This document shows, piece by piece, positions 36,981 to 46,248 of a stretch of DNA of 64,000 bases; position 1 is the stretch's first letter, and each line of letters starts with the position of its first letter. The DNA comes from an uncultured Gammaproteobacteria bacterium (lineage in GTDB: Bacteria; Patescibacteriota; Microgenomatia; 0-14-0-10-38-17). The DNA is taken from positions 453,586 through 517,585 of the forward strand of contig CAYGEH010000001.1 of NCBI GenBank assembly GCA_964348895.1, read 5' to 3'. The notes under the pieces were generated by a model that did not search any database, had not been told where the DNA came from, and saw only the letters and a program-made list of their open reading frames with translations. Position numbers and translations under genes: made by a program.

Positions 36981-37202
36981 TCAAAAATAAAAATGAGGAA
37001 GAAAAATAAGGGTGGAAACGACAGGAGATAGAAGGGAGTGATAATTACTTTTTTTCCATAATTCCGTTGCTAACAATTTTTGAAAGTTTTTGATAAAATA
37101 AGTGCGAGCTGTTTTTTTTGTAGTTTGTAGTTCTTGTAATTAAAAAAAACATAAACAGCAAGCGGTAAATAAATAATATTTTTTTCAAAGGAGGGGATTA
37201 TT

Positions 37203-37376
37203 ATGGCTAAAAAAGGCAATAGAGTTTTAATTGGGCTGGTTTGTCCTGCCTGCAAAAACAGAAACTATATTACTCAAAAGAATAAAGTTAACTTGCCAGA
37301 AAAGTTAACAATAAAAAAATACTGCCCCAAATGTGTCAAGGCGACTGTTCATAAAGAAACGAGCAAGTTAAAATAA
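37203..37376 (+). CDS. rpmG: 50S ribosomal protein L33 (57 aa, below the ORF-track cutoff)
   Basis: Hand translation: [57 protein letters not shown]. Zinc-ribbon CxxC...CxxC and 'RNYI..KNK.N.PE...KKYCP' match L33. The RBS AGGAGGGG sits 6 nt upstream. Confidence 0.8.
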   Translation: MAKKGNRVLIGLVCPACKNRNYITQKNKVNLPEKLTIKKYCPKCVKATVHKETSKLK

Positions 37377-37415
37377 TCAAAGAAAGAGAGCCATTTTAAG
37401 GTTTGGGGAAAAAAT

Positions 37416-37487
37416 AGGGCTGTCGGTTAATTGGTAAACCACGGGTCTCCAAAACCCGGACTGAGAGTTCGAGCCTCTCCAGCCCTG
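37416..37487 (+). tRNA. tRNA-Trp (anticodon CCA)
   Basis: Acceptor AGGGCUG/CAGCCCU; D-arm GGUU-AAUUGGUA-AACC; anticodon stem CGGGU/ACCCG with loop CUCCAAA; T-arm GAGAG-UUCGAGC-CUCUC; discriminator G. Confidence 0.85.
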
Positions 37488-37575
37488 CAAGCATCTTATT
37501 TATTTAGAGGAAAAATATTTTTATTAAGAAAGAAGAAAACTATTTTTTTGAAAATATTTACTTTGTTGAACCCTG

Positions 37576-38256
37576 TTACGGATTTTGTTGCTGATAAAGA
37601 GCCCAGTCTTGGCTGTTGACAATGCCATCTTTGTTTAGGTCAAACTCAGGATTAGAGGTACCAAATTTTTCCACGAAATCTCCAATGGTTTTCCTTGGTT
37701 TTTCTGATAAAACATTTTGAGGGGGGGGAGAGACAATTGGAGTTGGTGTAATTCTTAGCGGCTCTTCTTGCTCTTCCCGTTCTTCTTGAATCAAGTCTGG
37801 ACCTAGAGTTGTTTGCTGGGGGGGTTGTTGGTTTTGGGTAAGTGGTGTTGTTTGGCTTGTTTCAGCCAGGGATTTGGTTGTAAAAGAATAGGGAGCCCCA
37901 TTATTATCGTAGACTTGATCACCGACTCGAATTCTAAAGTAATAAATTGTTTCTGGAAGAAGAGGAGATAAGGTTAGGCTGTGATTGGTGGTTTGATTGT
38001 TTCCGGTGTTGCGTAGCAGAAAACTTCCAGGAGTAGTTCCATATTCAATTTGGCCAATAACCGGAGTAGTTGTTTGCCAGACAACGGTAACGGAATTGGC
38101 GGTAATATTGGTGGTTCTAACCCCTTGGGGTTGTTGTTGACCGGCAGCTTGACCAAACAAAGCTCTGACTCTATCTAGTCCTAAAACCAAACCAGCAATT
38201 AAGGCTAGGGCCAAGACTGAAGAAACAGCAACAATAACAATCTTTTTGTGTTTCAC
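37576..38256 (-). CDS. Membrane-anchored fibronectin-type-III-like domain protein with a Pro/Gln-rich linker and a C-terminal dockerin-like calcium-binding repeat
   Basis: N-terminal TM helix, FN3-like 'TNITANSVTVVWQTTTP...YYFRIRV', then a P/Q/T-rich linker. The C-terminal 'DLNKDGIVNSQDWALY' matches the dockerin loop consensus DxNxDGxVNxxD. GTG start. Confidence 0.5.
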   Translation of the reverse strand: MKHKKIVIVAVSSVLALALIAGLVLGLDRVRALFGQAAGQQQPQGVRTTNITANSVTVVWQTTTPVIGQIEYGTTPGSFLLRNTGNNQTTNHSLTLSPLLPETIYYFRIRVGDQVYDNNGAPYSFTTKSLAETSQTTPLTQNQQPPQQTTLGPDLIQEEREEQEEPLRITPTPIVSPPPQNVLSEKPRKTIGDFVEKFGTSNPEFDLNKDGIVNSQDWALYQQQNP

Positions 38257-38270
38257 ACCGAGAGGTTATT

Positions 38271-38948
38271 TTAATTAAACTTAAAAATGAAAGTTAACCC
38301 AAGAAACATTAAAATCATGCCTCCGCCGAATATCAAGGTGGTTGGTTCTAAGAAGCCAGTTTTGGGAAGATCCTCACCGGTTAAATTTGCTGCAGGAGTA
38401 GCTGCTTGTCCGCCAATAACATAAGAAGCGTTGATATTGCTAGGACAAACGATAATGTCAGTATTGTTGGTGGAGTTTATATTTGAGTCGTTAGTGCCAC
38501 CAGGCTGACAAAGAAAGCCTACTGAGGCCGTTCCTGGTGCCCTTCCCCTAAAGGTAATAGTTGCCAAGGTTCCTGTTCCTGTTTTGGGGCTACCAGTATC
38601 AGCTACACCATAAATTTCTATTTTTCCTGCGGTTGTTGTTATCGTGGTGATGGTAGGAAAAAATGTTCCCTCGGTGACGTTAACCACCTCTAATAAGGTT
38701 GAATTATATTGGACAATAGCGTCAACCCCATTTGTAGACTGACCGCCAGTGTTAACAGAAACAGTAACATTGAAAATGAAACCAGCATCAACCTCTCTAA
38801 CGGTAGGATTTAAGCTCAGGTGAGGAGAAGCTGTTTGGGCCAGAAGAGAAGAGAACGGAGCCAAGAGAAAAAACAAAACAAGTAACAAAGAGGTTACTAC
38901 ATTATATTGATGACCAATAGGAGGCTGTTTTTGTACCATTAAATTCAT
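38271..38948 (-). CDS. Secreted cohesin-domain protein with an LPXTG sortase cell-wall anchor
   Basis: Signal peptide, then a cohesin-like beta-sandwich pattern ('FIFNVTVSVNTGGQSTNGVDAIVQYNSTLLEVVNV...GKIEIYGV...TGTLATITFRG'). The C-terminal 'LPKTG' is followed by a hydrophobic segment and a basic tail. Confidence 0.55.
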   Translation of the reverse strand: MNLMVQKQPPIGHQYNVVTSLLLVLFFLLAPFSSLLAQTASPHLSLNPTVREVDAGFIFNVTVSVNTGGQSTNGVDAIVQYNSTLLEVVNVTEGTFFPTITTITTTAGKIEIYGVADTGSPKTGTGTLATITFRGRAPGTASVGFLCQPGGTNDSNINSTNNTDIIVCPSNINASYVIGGQAATPAANLTGEDLPKTGFLEPTTLIFGGGMILMFLGLTFIFKFN

Positions 38949-39079
38949 AATAACTTAAAATTTCCAAGTCGTCAAGAGAGGATTTTTAGATAAATATTTG
39001 GGGAAAATTTGAGTGTTTATTATTTTAAATTCGATGTTAATTAAACGATGATTGATTTAAAAGCCACCAAGAGGGGCTG

Positions 39080-40150
39080 GTGTTATACTATTTGTTAATG
39101 CTAACAACATGGAGACGTTTTTTTTCTAAAGTTTCTCCGGGGATTGCGATAGACCTGGGAACGGCCAATACTTTTGTGTACCAAAGAGGCCGGGGATTGG
39201 TTTTTCGAGAGCCGTCGGTGGTAGCCAGACAAAAAAAGTCTAAAAAAGTGCTGGCAATTGGTTCTAGGGCAAAAAAAATGATCGGCAAAACCCCAGAAGC
39301 AATTGAAGCTTTTTACCCGCTTCACAATGGGGTTATTGCTGATTTTGACGCTGCCCGAGCAATTTTGACTTATTTTTTAGATAAACTAGCTGAAACAAAC
39401 TCTTTTTGGGGTAAATTCTTAAAAGAAACCGTTATTATTGGAACTCCTTCTGGGTCAACGGAAGTAGAAAGAAAGGCAGTTTTTGATGCGGCCATTGAGG
39501 CTGGAGCGGGGAATTGTTTTTTAGTTGAAGAGCCGATGGCTGCTGCTATTGGGGCAGGGCTACCAGTTGACAGTCCCAGCGGAAGCTTAATTTGTGACAT
39601 TGGCGGAGGGACAACAGAAATTGCGGTTATTTCTTTAGGAGGAATAGTCTTGAATCGCTCTCTGAAGCTAGCTGGTCATAAAATGGATGAAGTAATTGTT
39701 AATTTTTTAAGATTAAAATATTCTCTTCTTGTCGGCTTATCAACGGCAGAAGAAATTAAAATGGAAATAGGCAGTGCCTTACCAGAAAAGAAAGAGCCAG
39801 AGATGGTTGTTCGGGGTAGAGGATTGGAAAAAGGTTTGCCAATTACTGTCAAGATTGCCGCTCCAGAGATAAGGGAGGCAATTGCTCCGATCTTGAATCA
39901 AATTATTCGTGCCGTTAACGAGATGATCGAAGAAGCACCCCCTGAATTGGTTAATGATTTTCTAGAGAGGGGAATAACCTTGTGTGGTGGTGGAGCAAAG
40001 CTGCCTGGAATTGATAGGCTTTTTTCTCAAGAAACTAAAATGCCGGTTTTTATTGCCGAAGACCCTCAGGCGGCAGTGGCCCTAGGGTGTGGGCGCTTAC
40101 TAGAAAACGTCGACTTGCGAGATCGAGTAAAAATTGTCGGTATTAGCTAG
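39080..40150 (+). CDS. mreB: Rod-shape-determining protein MreB (paralog 2, first gene of an mreBCD-PBP2 operon)
   Basis: 'GIAIDLGTANTFVY', 'DIGGGTTEIAVISL' and 'LCGGGAKL' motifs. The start is ambiguous: GTG at 39080 or ATG at 39098. Confidence 0.85.
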   Translation: MLYYLLMLTTWRRFFSKVSPGIAIDLGTANTFVYQRGRGLVFREPSVVARQKKSKKVLAIGSRAKKMIGKTPEAIEAFYPLHNGVIADFDAARAILTYFLDKLAETNSFWGKFLKETVIIGTPSGSTEVERKAVFDAAIEAGAGNCFLVEEPMAAAIGAGLPVDSPSGSLICDIGGGTTEIAVISLGGIVLNRSLKLAGHKMDEVIVNFLRLKYSLLVGLSTAEEIKMEIGSALPEKKEPEMVVRGRGLEKGLPITVKIAAPEIREAIAPILNQIIRAVNEMIEEAPPELVNDFLERGITLCGGGAKLPGIDRLFSQETKMPVFIAEDPQAAVALGCGRLLENVDLRDRVKIVGIS

Positions 40151-40167
40151 TCAGTTGGTTTTTTGTT

Positions 40168-40974
40168 ATGAAAATGAGTTTTTTGGCAAAGTTTAACAAA
40201 AAAGGATTTAGTAGTTATTTTCTGATAGCCTTAATAATCTTTTTCTTAGACTTTTGGTTAATATTTAATCCACTAAGGAATGTTTTTGCTTGGGCTCTTC
40301 GTCCACTGAGAGGCTCAACCTACTATTTGCTCGGACAGATTGACTTTGAGGATATTTTTTTATCTAAAAGATTAAAGCAATTGAAAGACGAAAATTGGGA
40401 GTTAAGGAAGAGAATGGTGGAAACAACAGGAGATAGAGTTAGAATACAGCTTCTTCACAGGGAAAATGAGAGGCTAAAAACCTTAATAGATTTTTTTCCC
40501 AAAGAAACAAGTCTTATTCCAGCCAAAGTTCTTGGTCGTCGAGACAACTATTTGATTATCAACAAAGGAGAAGAAGATGGGGTTATTGTTGGTCAAACAG
40601 TGGTCGAAGGGCAGCACCTTGTTGGAAAAATTGTTGCTGTTTATGATCACGAGTCAAGGGTTGTTAAGTTGGGGAGCGCTTCCTTGGATTTGCCAGTGCT
40701 AGTTTTCTCTGATCAACAGGAGTGTTTTAAAGAGCCTCTTTCTTGCCAGAAGGGGAGGGGAATAATTGTTGGAGAAACAGTGAAAGAAATATTAAGAGAA
40801 GAGGAGGTTTTAGCTGGGGACCTAGTTGCTCTTCTTGACGAACCAACGGGAATCTTAGTGGGCAGAATAAGGGAGGTTCGAGAAAGTCAAGATGAGCTCT
40901 ATAAACAAGCCCAAATAGAGAAGTTAATTGATTTTAATCGATTAATTGAAGTTTTTTTGATTGTTGAAGAATGA
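40168..40974 (+). CDS. mreC: Rod-shape-determining protein MreC
   Basis: N-terminal TM helix, a coiled-coil segment ('LKQLKDENWELRKRMVE...ENERLK') and a C-terminal beta-rich domain. Sits between mreB and an mreD-like ORF. Confidence 0.7.
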   Translation: MKMSFLAKFNKKGFSSYFLIALIIFFLDFWLIFNPLRNVFAWALRPLRGSTYYLLGQIDFEDIFLSKRLKQLKDENWELRKRMVETTGDRVRIQLLHRENERLKTLIDFFPKETSLIPAKVLGRRDNYLIINKGEEDGVIVGQTVVEGQHLVGKIVAVYDHESRVVKLGSASLDLPVLVFSDQQECFKEPLSCQKGRGIIVGETVKEILREEEVLAGDLVALLDEPTGILVGRIREVRESQDELYKQAQIEKLIDFNRLIEVFLIVEE

Positions 40975-41270
40975 AAACAAGCCCAATTTTTAAAATATTG
41001 CTGATTTTAGCTTTATTTTTTGTTGCTTTTTTAGAAGCAATTTTTATTTCCCTGCCCTTGACACTGATCTTCATAATAGTACTGGCTTTTCGTTGGGAAG
41101 AAGGAGTTTTTCCTTGGGCTTTTGCTGTTGGTTTGTGGTTAGATTTGCTTCTTTGGCGTCATCTAGGATTATGGTCAATGATTTTCTTGTTAATCGCTTT
41201 TTTGACCGTTCGAGCGATTAAAGGTAGGATCTTTGGATTAGAGCGGGGAAAATTGAGTTTACCAGAATAG
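40971..41270 (+). CDS. mreD: MreD-like small polytopic membrane protein
   Basis: 99 aa with 3 TM helices. Overlaps the mreC stop and sits just before PBP2. The call rests on position and hydrophobicity only. Confidence 0.45.
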   Translation: MKTSPIFKILLILALFFVAFLEAIFISLPLTLIFIIVLAFRWEEGVFPWAFAVGLWLDLLLWRHLGLWSMIFLLIAFLTVRAIKGRIFGLERGKLSLPE

Positions 41271-41272
41271 AG

Positions 41273-42835
41273 ATGGCAAAATTTTATCGTTTAATCCTAC
41301 TGATTTGTTTTTTTCTTTTATTGCTACGCTTAGCTTTTTTAACAATCGTTCAAGGAGAAGAATTTCGTTTTCAGGCGGAACAAAACCGAGTAGTCAAAGA
41401 AAGACTGGCTTCTGCTCGGGGGACAATTTTTGATCGTAATGGTGAACCACTAGCAATTGATGTTCCTTACTGTCTTTACTTGGGAGAAGAGAAAGAAAGA
41501 GAAGAGTGTTTGAGACTAAGGTCTGCTGGAGAAAAAGTTGATAATTTTTTCCGCCGTTATTATCCCCTAAAAGAAGCTGCGGCTCATGTTGTTGGTTATT
41601 TAGGCCAAACCTCTGAAGAAGAAGTTAAAAGCAAACAGTATCAGCCAGGACAGCTGGTTGGTCGAGGAGGGATAGAGGAATACTATCAAGACCTTCTTTT
41701 TGGTCAGGACGGTTATCGATTAAGCGAAACCAACATTAGGGGAGAAACAGTTCGTGATGTCGGTGAAATAACAGGCCGGGATGGAAAAAGCGTTGTTCTT
41801 TTTCTTGATAATCGAATTCAAAAAAAAGCTTTTGAGCTTATTTCGGAAAGAACAGGGGCCGTTATAGTTAGTAATCCCCAGAACGGAGAAGTTTTAGCCT
41901 TAGCTTCTTCACCCTCTTTTGACCCCAATCTTTTTATTCTTAATCAAGATAATCAGCTGATTAGCAGTTTACTGATTAGCCCAAATCAACCCTTTCTAAA
42001 CCGAGCAATATCGGCCCGATTTCCTCCAGGATCAATTTTTAAGCTTGTTTCTGGTTTAGCTGGCTTAGAAGAGGGAGTTATTGATTCTAAAACGGAAATA
42101 GAAGACACTGGTTTTATTGAGGTTAATAATTATCGATATAATAATTGGCTGTATACCCTACACGGGAGAAAAGATGAGAATGTGAATATTGTTGAGGCAG
42201 TTAAAAGGTCAAACGACATCTTCTTTTATCGGCTAGGAGAGAAATTAGGTCCCGATAAAATGGCCGAATGGTCTAAAAAGTTTTTTTTAGATAAACTTTC
42301 GGGGATTGACTTGCCAACCGAAGCCCTTGGTTTTGTCCCGACTGCCGAATGGAAAGAGGAGGTGCTTGGTGAGCCTTGGTTTTTAGGAAATAGCTTTCAT
42401 TTTGCTATCGGTCAAGGAGACCTGGCTATTACTCCCTTAATGGCCAACTTAATGACAAGTTATTTTGCTAACGACGGTTATTTTTGTCGACCAAGGTTAG
42501 CCAAAAGCGTTGAGCCAGACTGTAAAAAAATTGTTTCAAGCAAAGATAATCGTAGGCTAATTCTTGATGGATTGCTGGCAGCCTGTCAACCGGGAGGAAC
42601 AGCTTCAGTTTTTTTTGATTTTGAAATTAATGGTAAAAAAAACCAAGTCGCTTGTAAAACTGGAACAGCAGAGTTTGATGCCTACAATGAGGAGACTCAT
42701 GCCTGGTTTACCGTCTTTGCTCCTGTTGTCGACCCAGTTATTTCAGTGGCAGTTTTTTTACAAGCTGGTGGAGGTGGGGGTAGAGATGCCGCTCCTATCG
42801 CTAAGGCAATTTTAGAGGAATTTTTTAATAATTGA
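41273..42835 (+). CDS. mrdA: Penicillin-binding protein 2-like D,D-transpeptidase
   Basis: N-terminal TM helix and dimerisation region, then transpeptidase motifs 'GSIFK' (SxxK), 'SND' and 'KTGTAE'. Ends with a TGA overlapping the dprA TTG. Confidence 0.85.
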   Translation: MAKFYRLILLICFFLLLLRLAFLTIVQGEEFRFQAEQNRVVKERLASARGTIFDRNGEPLAIDVPYCLYLGEEKEREECLRLRSAGEKVDNFFRRYYPLKEAAAHVVGYLGQTSEEEVKSKQYQPGQLVGRGGIEEYYQDLLFGQDGYRLSETNIRGETVRDVGEITGRDGKSVVLFLDNRIQKKAFELISERTGAVIVSNPQNGEVLALASSPSFDPNLFILNQDNQLISSLLISPNQPFLNRAISARFPPGSIFKLVSGLAGLEEGVIDSKTEIEDTGFIEVNNYRYNNWLYTLHGRKDENVNIVEAVKRSNDIFFYRLGEKLGPDKMAEWSKKFFLDKLSGIDLPTEALGFVPTAEWKEEVLGEPWFLGNSFHFAIGQGDLAITPLMANLMTSYFANDGYFCRPRLAKSVEPDCKKIVSSKDNRRLILDGLLAACQPGGTASVFFDFEINGKKNQVACKTGTAEFDAYNEETHAWFTVFAPVVDPVISVAVFLQAGGGGGRDAAPIAKAILEEFFNN

Positions 42836-43980
42836 CAACCACAATCAAACAGCAGCGAAGCCCTGATCGGGAAAGACCATTTTGGTTAGCTTTTAGTTTT
42901 TTGAAAATTAGCCCCAAGCGCTTTGGCCAAATTATAGATTTTTTTGGTTCAGCTGAAAAGGCTTGGCAGGCTTCTGATCAAGACTGGAAAGAATTAACCC
43001 ATTGGAACAGTGAAGTGCTTGCTGGTTTTCTTGCCCGCAAAAAAAAGATTTGTCCCCAAGTTTTCCTAGACGGATTGGTAAAAAATTATCAACCGCTAAT
43101 TTGGCCGATTACTAAACTTGATAGCTACTATCCAGCCAACCTGTTGGTAATCGAGGATGCTCCACCAGTTCTGTATGCTCGAGGAAGAATTGTTGACACT
43201 CTGGTTAAGGGCAATTCTACCCTCTGGGACTCTTTTTGGTCTAGTCAGATTTTAGCTGTGGTGGGAACAAGAAGACCAACCGCTTACGGCTGCCAAGTTG
43301 TCAGAAGACTGGTTGAAGCTTTGGGTCAGAACGGGCTAATAATTGTTTCGGGACTAGCAAAGGGAATCGACGCGCTGGCTCATCAATCAGCTCTTGAGGT
43401 TGGAGGAAAAACAGTAGCCGTTTTAGGTAGCGGAGTAGACGTAGCTTATCCAATTAGAAACAAGCATTTATATCAAGAAATTTTACTTAAGGGGGTTGTT
43501 TTTTCTGAATTACCCCCCGGAACTAACCCTCTTCCAGCACATTTTCCAGCTAGAAACAGAATTATTGCTGGGCTGTCGATGGCAGTTTTGGTAATTGAAG
43601 GAAGTATAAAGTCTGGCTCTTTAATTACGGCTTCTTTGGCTGCTGACCAGGGCCGGGAGGTTTTGGCAGTTCCAGGAGATATTACCAGCCAGTCTTCTTC
43701 CGGAACTAATTATTTGATTAAAAATGGGGCAGGAGTGGTTACTGAAGTAGCTGATGTTTTGGCGGAGCTTGGCTTAAGCCATCAAGGAAAAAGCCCAGCC
43801 CTCGATCTTGATGGTGATGAAAAACTGGTCACAGATTTACTATCCGGACACAATTTTACCGTTGATGAAATTAGTTTTCGTTTAAAAATTGAAATAAATA
43901 GAGTAAATATTGCCCTAACTAAATTAGAAATTAAGGGGGTGGCAACAAATTTGGGGTTAGGAGAATGGGGACTAAAATAG
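42832..43980 (+). CDS. dprA: DNA-processing protein DprA (Smf)
   Basis: Rossmann-like core 'VVGTRRPTAYGCQVVRRLVEAL...IIVSGLAKGIDALAHQSAL...TVAVLGSGVDVAYP'. TTG start. Confidence 0.85.
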   Translation: MTTTIKQQRSPDRERPFWLAFSFLKISPKRFGQIIDFFGSAEKAWQASDQDWKELTHWNSEVLAGFLARKKKICPQVFLDGLVKNYQPLIWPITKLDSYYPANLLVIEDAPPVLYARGRIVDTLVKGNSTLWDSFWSSQILAVVGTRRPTAYGCQVVRRLVEALGQNGLIIVSGLAKGIDALAHQSALEVGGKTVAVLGSGVDVAYPIRNKHLYQEILLKGVVFSELPPGTNPLPAHFPARNRIIAGLSMAVLVIEGSIKSGSLITASLAADQGREVLAVPGDITSQSSSGTNYLIKNGAGVVTEVADVLAELGLSHQGKSPALDLDGDEKLVTDLLSGHNFTVDEISFRLKIEINRVNIALTKLEIKGVATNLGLGEWGLK

Positions 43981-44175
43981 AAAGAAAGCTTTGTGGTTAA
44001 GAAGTTTCAAAATAAAACATTTTTTCTAGTGACTGTTTTTCATGAAAAAAAACAAAGAGATCTATATCTATTTAAGAAAGAAAAATAAATTATTAAATGA
44101 CAGTTTTTTGCTGAGAGAACTTAAAAAGACTGTTTTTCTCTTGGCAAAAAAAAGAGTTTCTGTTACCCTAATACC

Positions 44176-46149
44176 ATGAAGCTGATTATTGTTGAGTCGC
44201 CAACCAAGGCTCGAACGCTAGAGCGTTTTTTAGGCAAAGACTATCAAGTTTTGGCGACAATGGGTCACATCAGGGACTTACCTAAAAGCAAGCTGGGTAT
44301 TGATGTTGACAATCAATTTGAACCTCAATACGAGCTTGGGTCCGGTCGAGAAAAAGTAATTACCAAAATTAAAAAATCGGCTTTAGTGGCCGAAGACATT
44401 TTTTTAGCAACAGATCCGGATAGAGAAGGAGAGGCAATTGCTCATCATGTTTTAGCGGCGATTATCTCTGATAACAAGAAAGCTTTACGAGTTAATAGAA
44501 TTATCTTTCATGAAATTACTAAACAAGCGATAACTTCAGCCCTAAGTCATCCAGGAAAAATAGATGATGACTTGGTTTTTGCTCAAACTGCTCGTAGAGT
44601 TTTAGATCGTCTAGTGGGTTATAAGTTATCACCAGTACTTTGGAAAAAAATTCGTCGTGGGCTGTCTGCTGGTCGAGTTCAGTCAGCGGCAGTTCGTTTG
44701 ATAGTGGAAAGGGAAAAAGAAATAGAGAAATTTGCTGTTAGCAAATATTGGCGAATTTGGGGAGAATTTATTAAGAACAAAGAAGCCTTTAGGGCCGAAC
44801 TGGTCTCTTGGAAAGGAAAAAAATACGAAACCAGAGAAAAAAAATCTCTTTTTGCTGGTGAATATGTTTCAACCAAGACAAGCATTGATAGTGTCGACAA
44901 GGCAAGAGAGATTATTGACAACCTAAAGCCCCCCTATCAAGTTGAAGGAGTCGACAAAAAAACCTCTAGTCTTCATCCCTATCCGCCGTTTGTAACTTCA
45001 ACACTACAACAAGCGGCTTATCGAACACTAAGGTTCTCTTCTAAAAGAACAATGAGAGCAGCTCAAAAATTATATGAAGAGGGGTTAATTACCTATCATC
45101 GGACCGACTCTACTGTCTTAGCCAAAGAGGCGATTAGTGGGGCAAGAAGTTTAATTATTGAAAAGTTTGGTCAAGAATTTATTCCAGAAAAACCAAACTT
45201 TTACAAAACAACAACTAGAGTGGCCCAAGAGGCCCACGAAGCCATTAGGCCAACTGATTTCAGAAAAGAAGGGGTTCAAATAGATCGTGACGCTGATCGA
45301 CTTTATCAGTTAATTTGGCAAAGAGCCTTGTCTAGTCAAGCCGCTAGCGCCAAGACAGAAGTGGTTACCGCAGAAATAAGCTCTGGTGATTATCAATTTG
45401 TCGCCCGAGGAAGAAGATTAGTTTTTGCCGGGTTTACTAAAATTTTGAAAGTTAATCAGGAAGACGAAAGGCTTCCTGATTTAATTTCTGGTGATAAATT
45501 AAACTCAGTCGGGTTTGATAAAGAAGAATTGTCGACCAATCCTCCTCCTCGCTATTCGGAAGCAAGTTTAATTTCTGTTTTAGAAAAAAAGGGAATTGGG
45601 CGACCCTCAACTTATGCTCCAACTATTTCTACGATTCAAGATCGTCATTATGTTCAAAAACAGGAAGGTAAATTTGAGCCAACAACCCTCGGCCGAACAA
45701 CCAATGATTTTTTAGTAGAACACTTTCCTTTAGTTTTAGACTTACCGTTTACAGCTAAAATGGAAGAGGACTTGGATGAAATTGCCAATGGCCGAAAAGA
45801 ATGGCGCAAGACAATAGAGGGGTTCTATCGCCCTTTTATTATTCAAGTTGAGGGAGTTGAAAAAAATGCTGCTCGAGTTAAGGTTCCTGTTGAAGAAACC
45901 GACATGAGTTGCCCAGAGTGTCAAAAAGGAAAGCTGGTGATTAGAACTGGACGATTTGGAAAATTTCTTTCCTGTTCTCTTTTCCCTGATTGTCGATACA
46001 CGGCTGCGCATATTGAAAAAATTAAGAATGTGGTTTGTCCAACTTGCGGTGGCGAAGTGGTTGTAAAAAGAACAAAAAAAGGAAGACAGTTTTATGGTTG
46101 CGGTAAATACCCCAAGTGTCAGTGGGCATCATGGCGAAAACCCAAATAA
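44176..46149 (+). CDS. topA: DNA topoisomerase I with C-terminal zinc ribbons
   Basis: TOPRIM 'LIIVESPTKARTLERFLG', the active-site region 'ITYHRTDS' (catalytic Tyr) and at least two C4 zinc-ribbon motifs at the C-terminus. Confidence 0.9.
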   Translation: MKLIIVESPTKARTLERFLGKDYQVLATMGHIRDLPKSKLGIDVDNQFEPQYELGSGREKVITKIKKSALVAEDIFLATDPDREGEAIAHHVLAAIISDNKKALRVNRIIFHEITKQAITSALSHPGKIDDDLVFAQTARRVLDRLVGYKLSPVLWKKIRRGLSAGRVQSAAVRLIVEREKEIEKFAVSKYWRIWGEFIKNKEAFRAELVSWKGKKYETREKKSLFAGEYVSTKTSIDSVDKAREIIDNLKPPYQVEGVDKKTSSLHPYPPFVTSTLQQAAYRTLRFSSKRTMRAAQKLYEEGLITYHRTDSTVLAKEAISGARSLIIEKFGQEFIPEKPNFYKTTTRVAQEAHEAIRPTDFRKEGVQIDRDADRLYQLIWQRALSSQAASAKTEVVTAEISSGDYQFVARGRRLVFAGFTKILKVNQEDERLPDLISGDKLNSVGFDKEELSTNPPPRYSEASLISVLEKKGIGRPSTYAPTISTIQDRHYVQKQEGKFEPTTLGRTTNDFLVEHFPLVLDLPFTAKMEEDLDEIANGRKEWRKTIEGFYRPFIIQVEGVEKNAARVKVPVEETDMSCPECQKGKLVIRTGRFGKFLSCSLFPDCRYTAAHIEKIKNVVCPTCGGEVVVKRTKKGRQFYGCGKYPKCQWASWRKPK

Positions 46150-46248
46150 ACAAATCAATTTTGTTAACAGTAGTAGGCTTTTTAGTAAAAAACCAAGACT
46201 GGTTGACAAAAAAATAAAATCTGCCTAAGATTAATTTTAAGTTTTTTA

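Noticed and set aside
36400-37600. att-site direct repeat matching the 3' end of tRNA-Thr(GGU) or tRNA-Ala
   Set aside because: By eye I found no 15-nt or longer repeat of 'GGTTCGATTCCCATCATCGGCTC' or of the tRNA-Ala 3' half near the distal end of the block. The only similar string belongs to the bona fide tRNA-Trp. Alignment is needed to be sure.
42564-42815. 83-aa + strand ORF
   Set aside because: It is an alternative frame inside the PBP2 gene. The same applies to the other short alternative-frame ORFs in the track (44679..44926, 48091..48279, 50915..51435, 53145..53663, 56484..56717, 59289..59958, 60385..60814).
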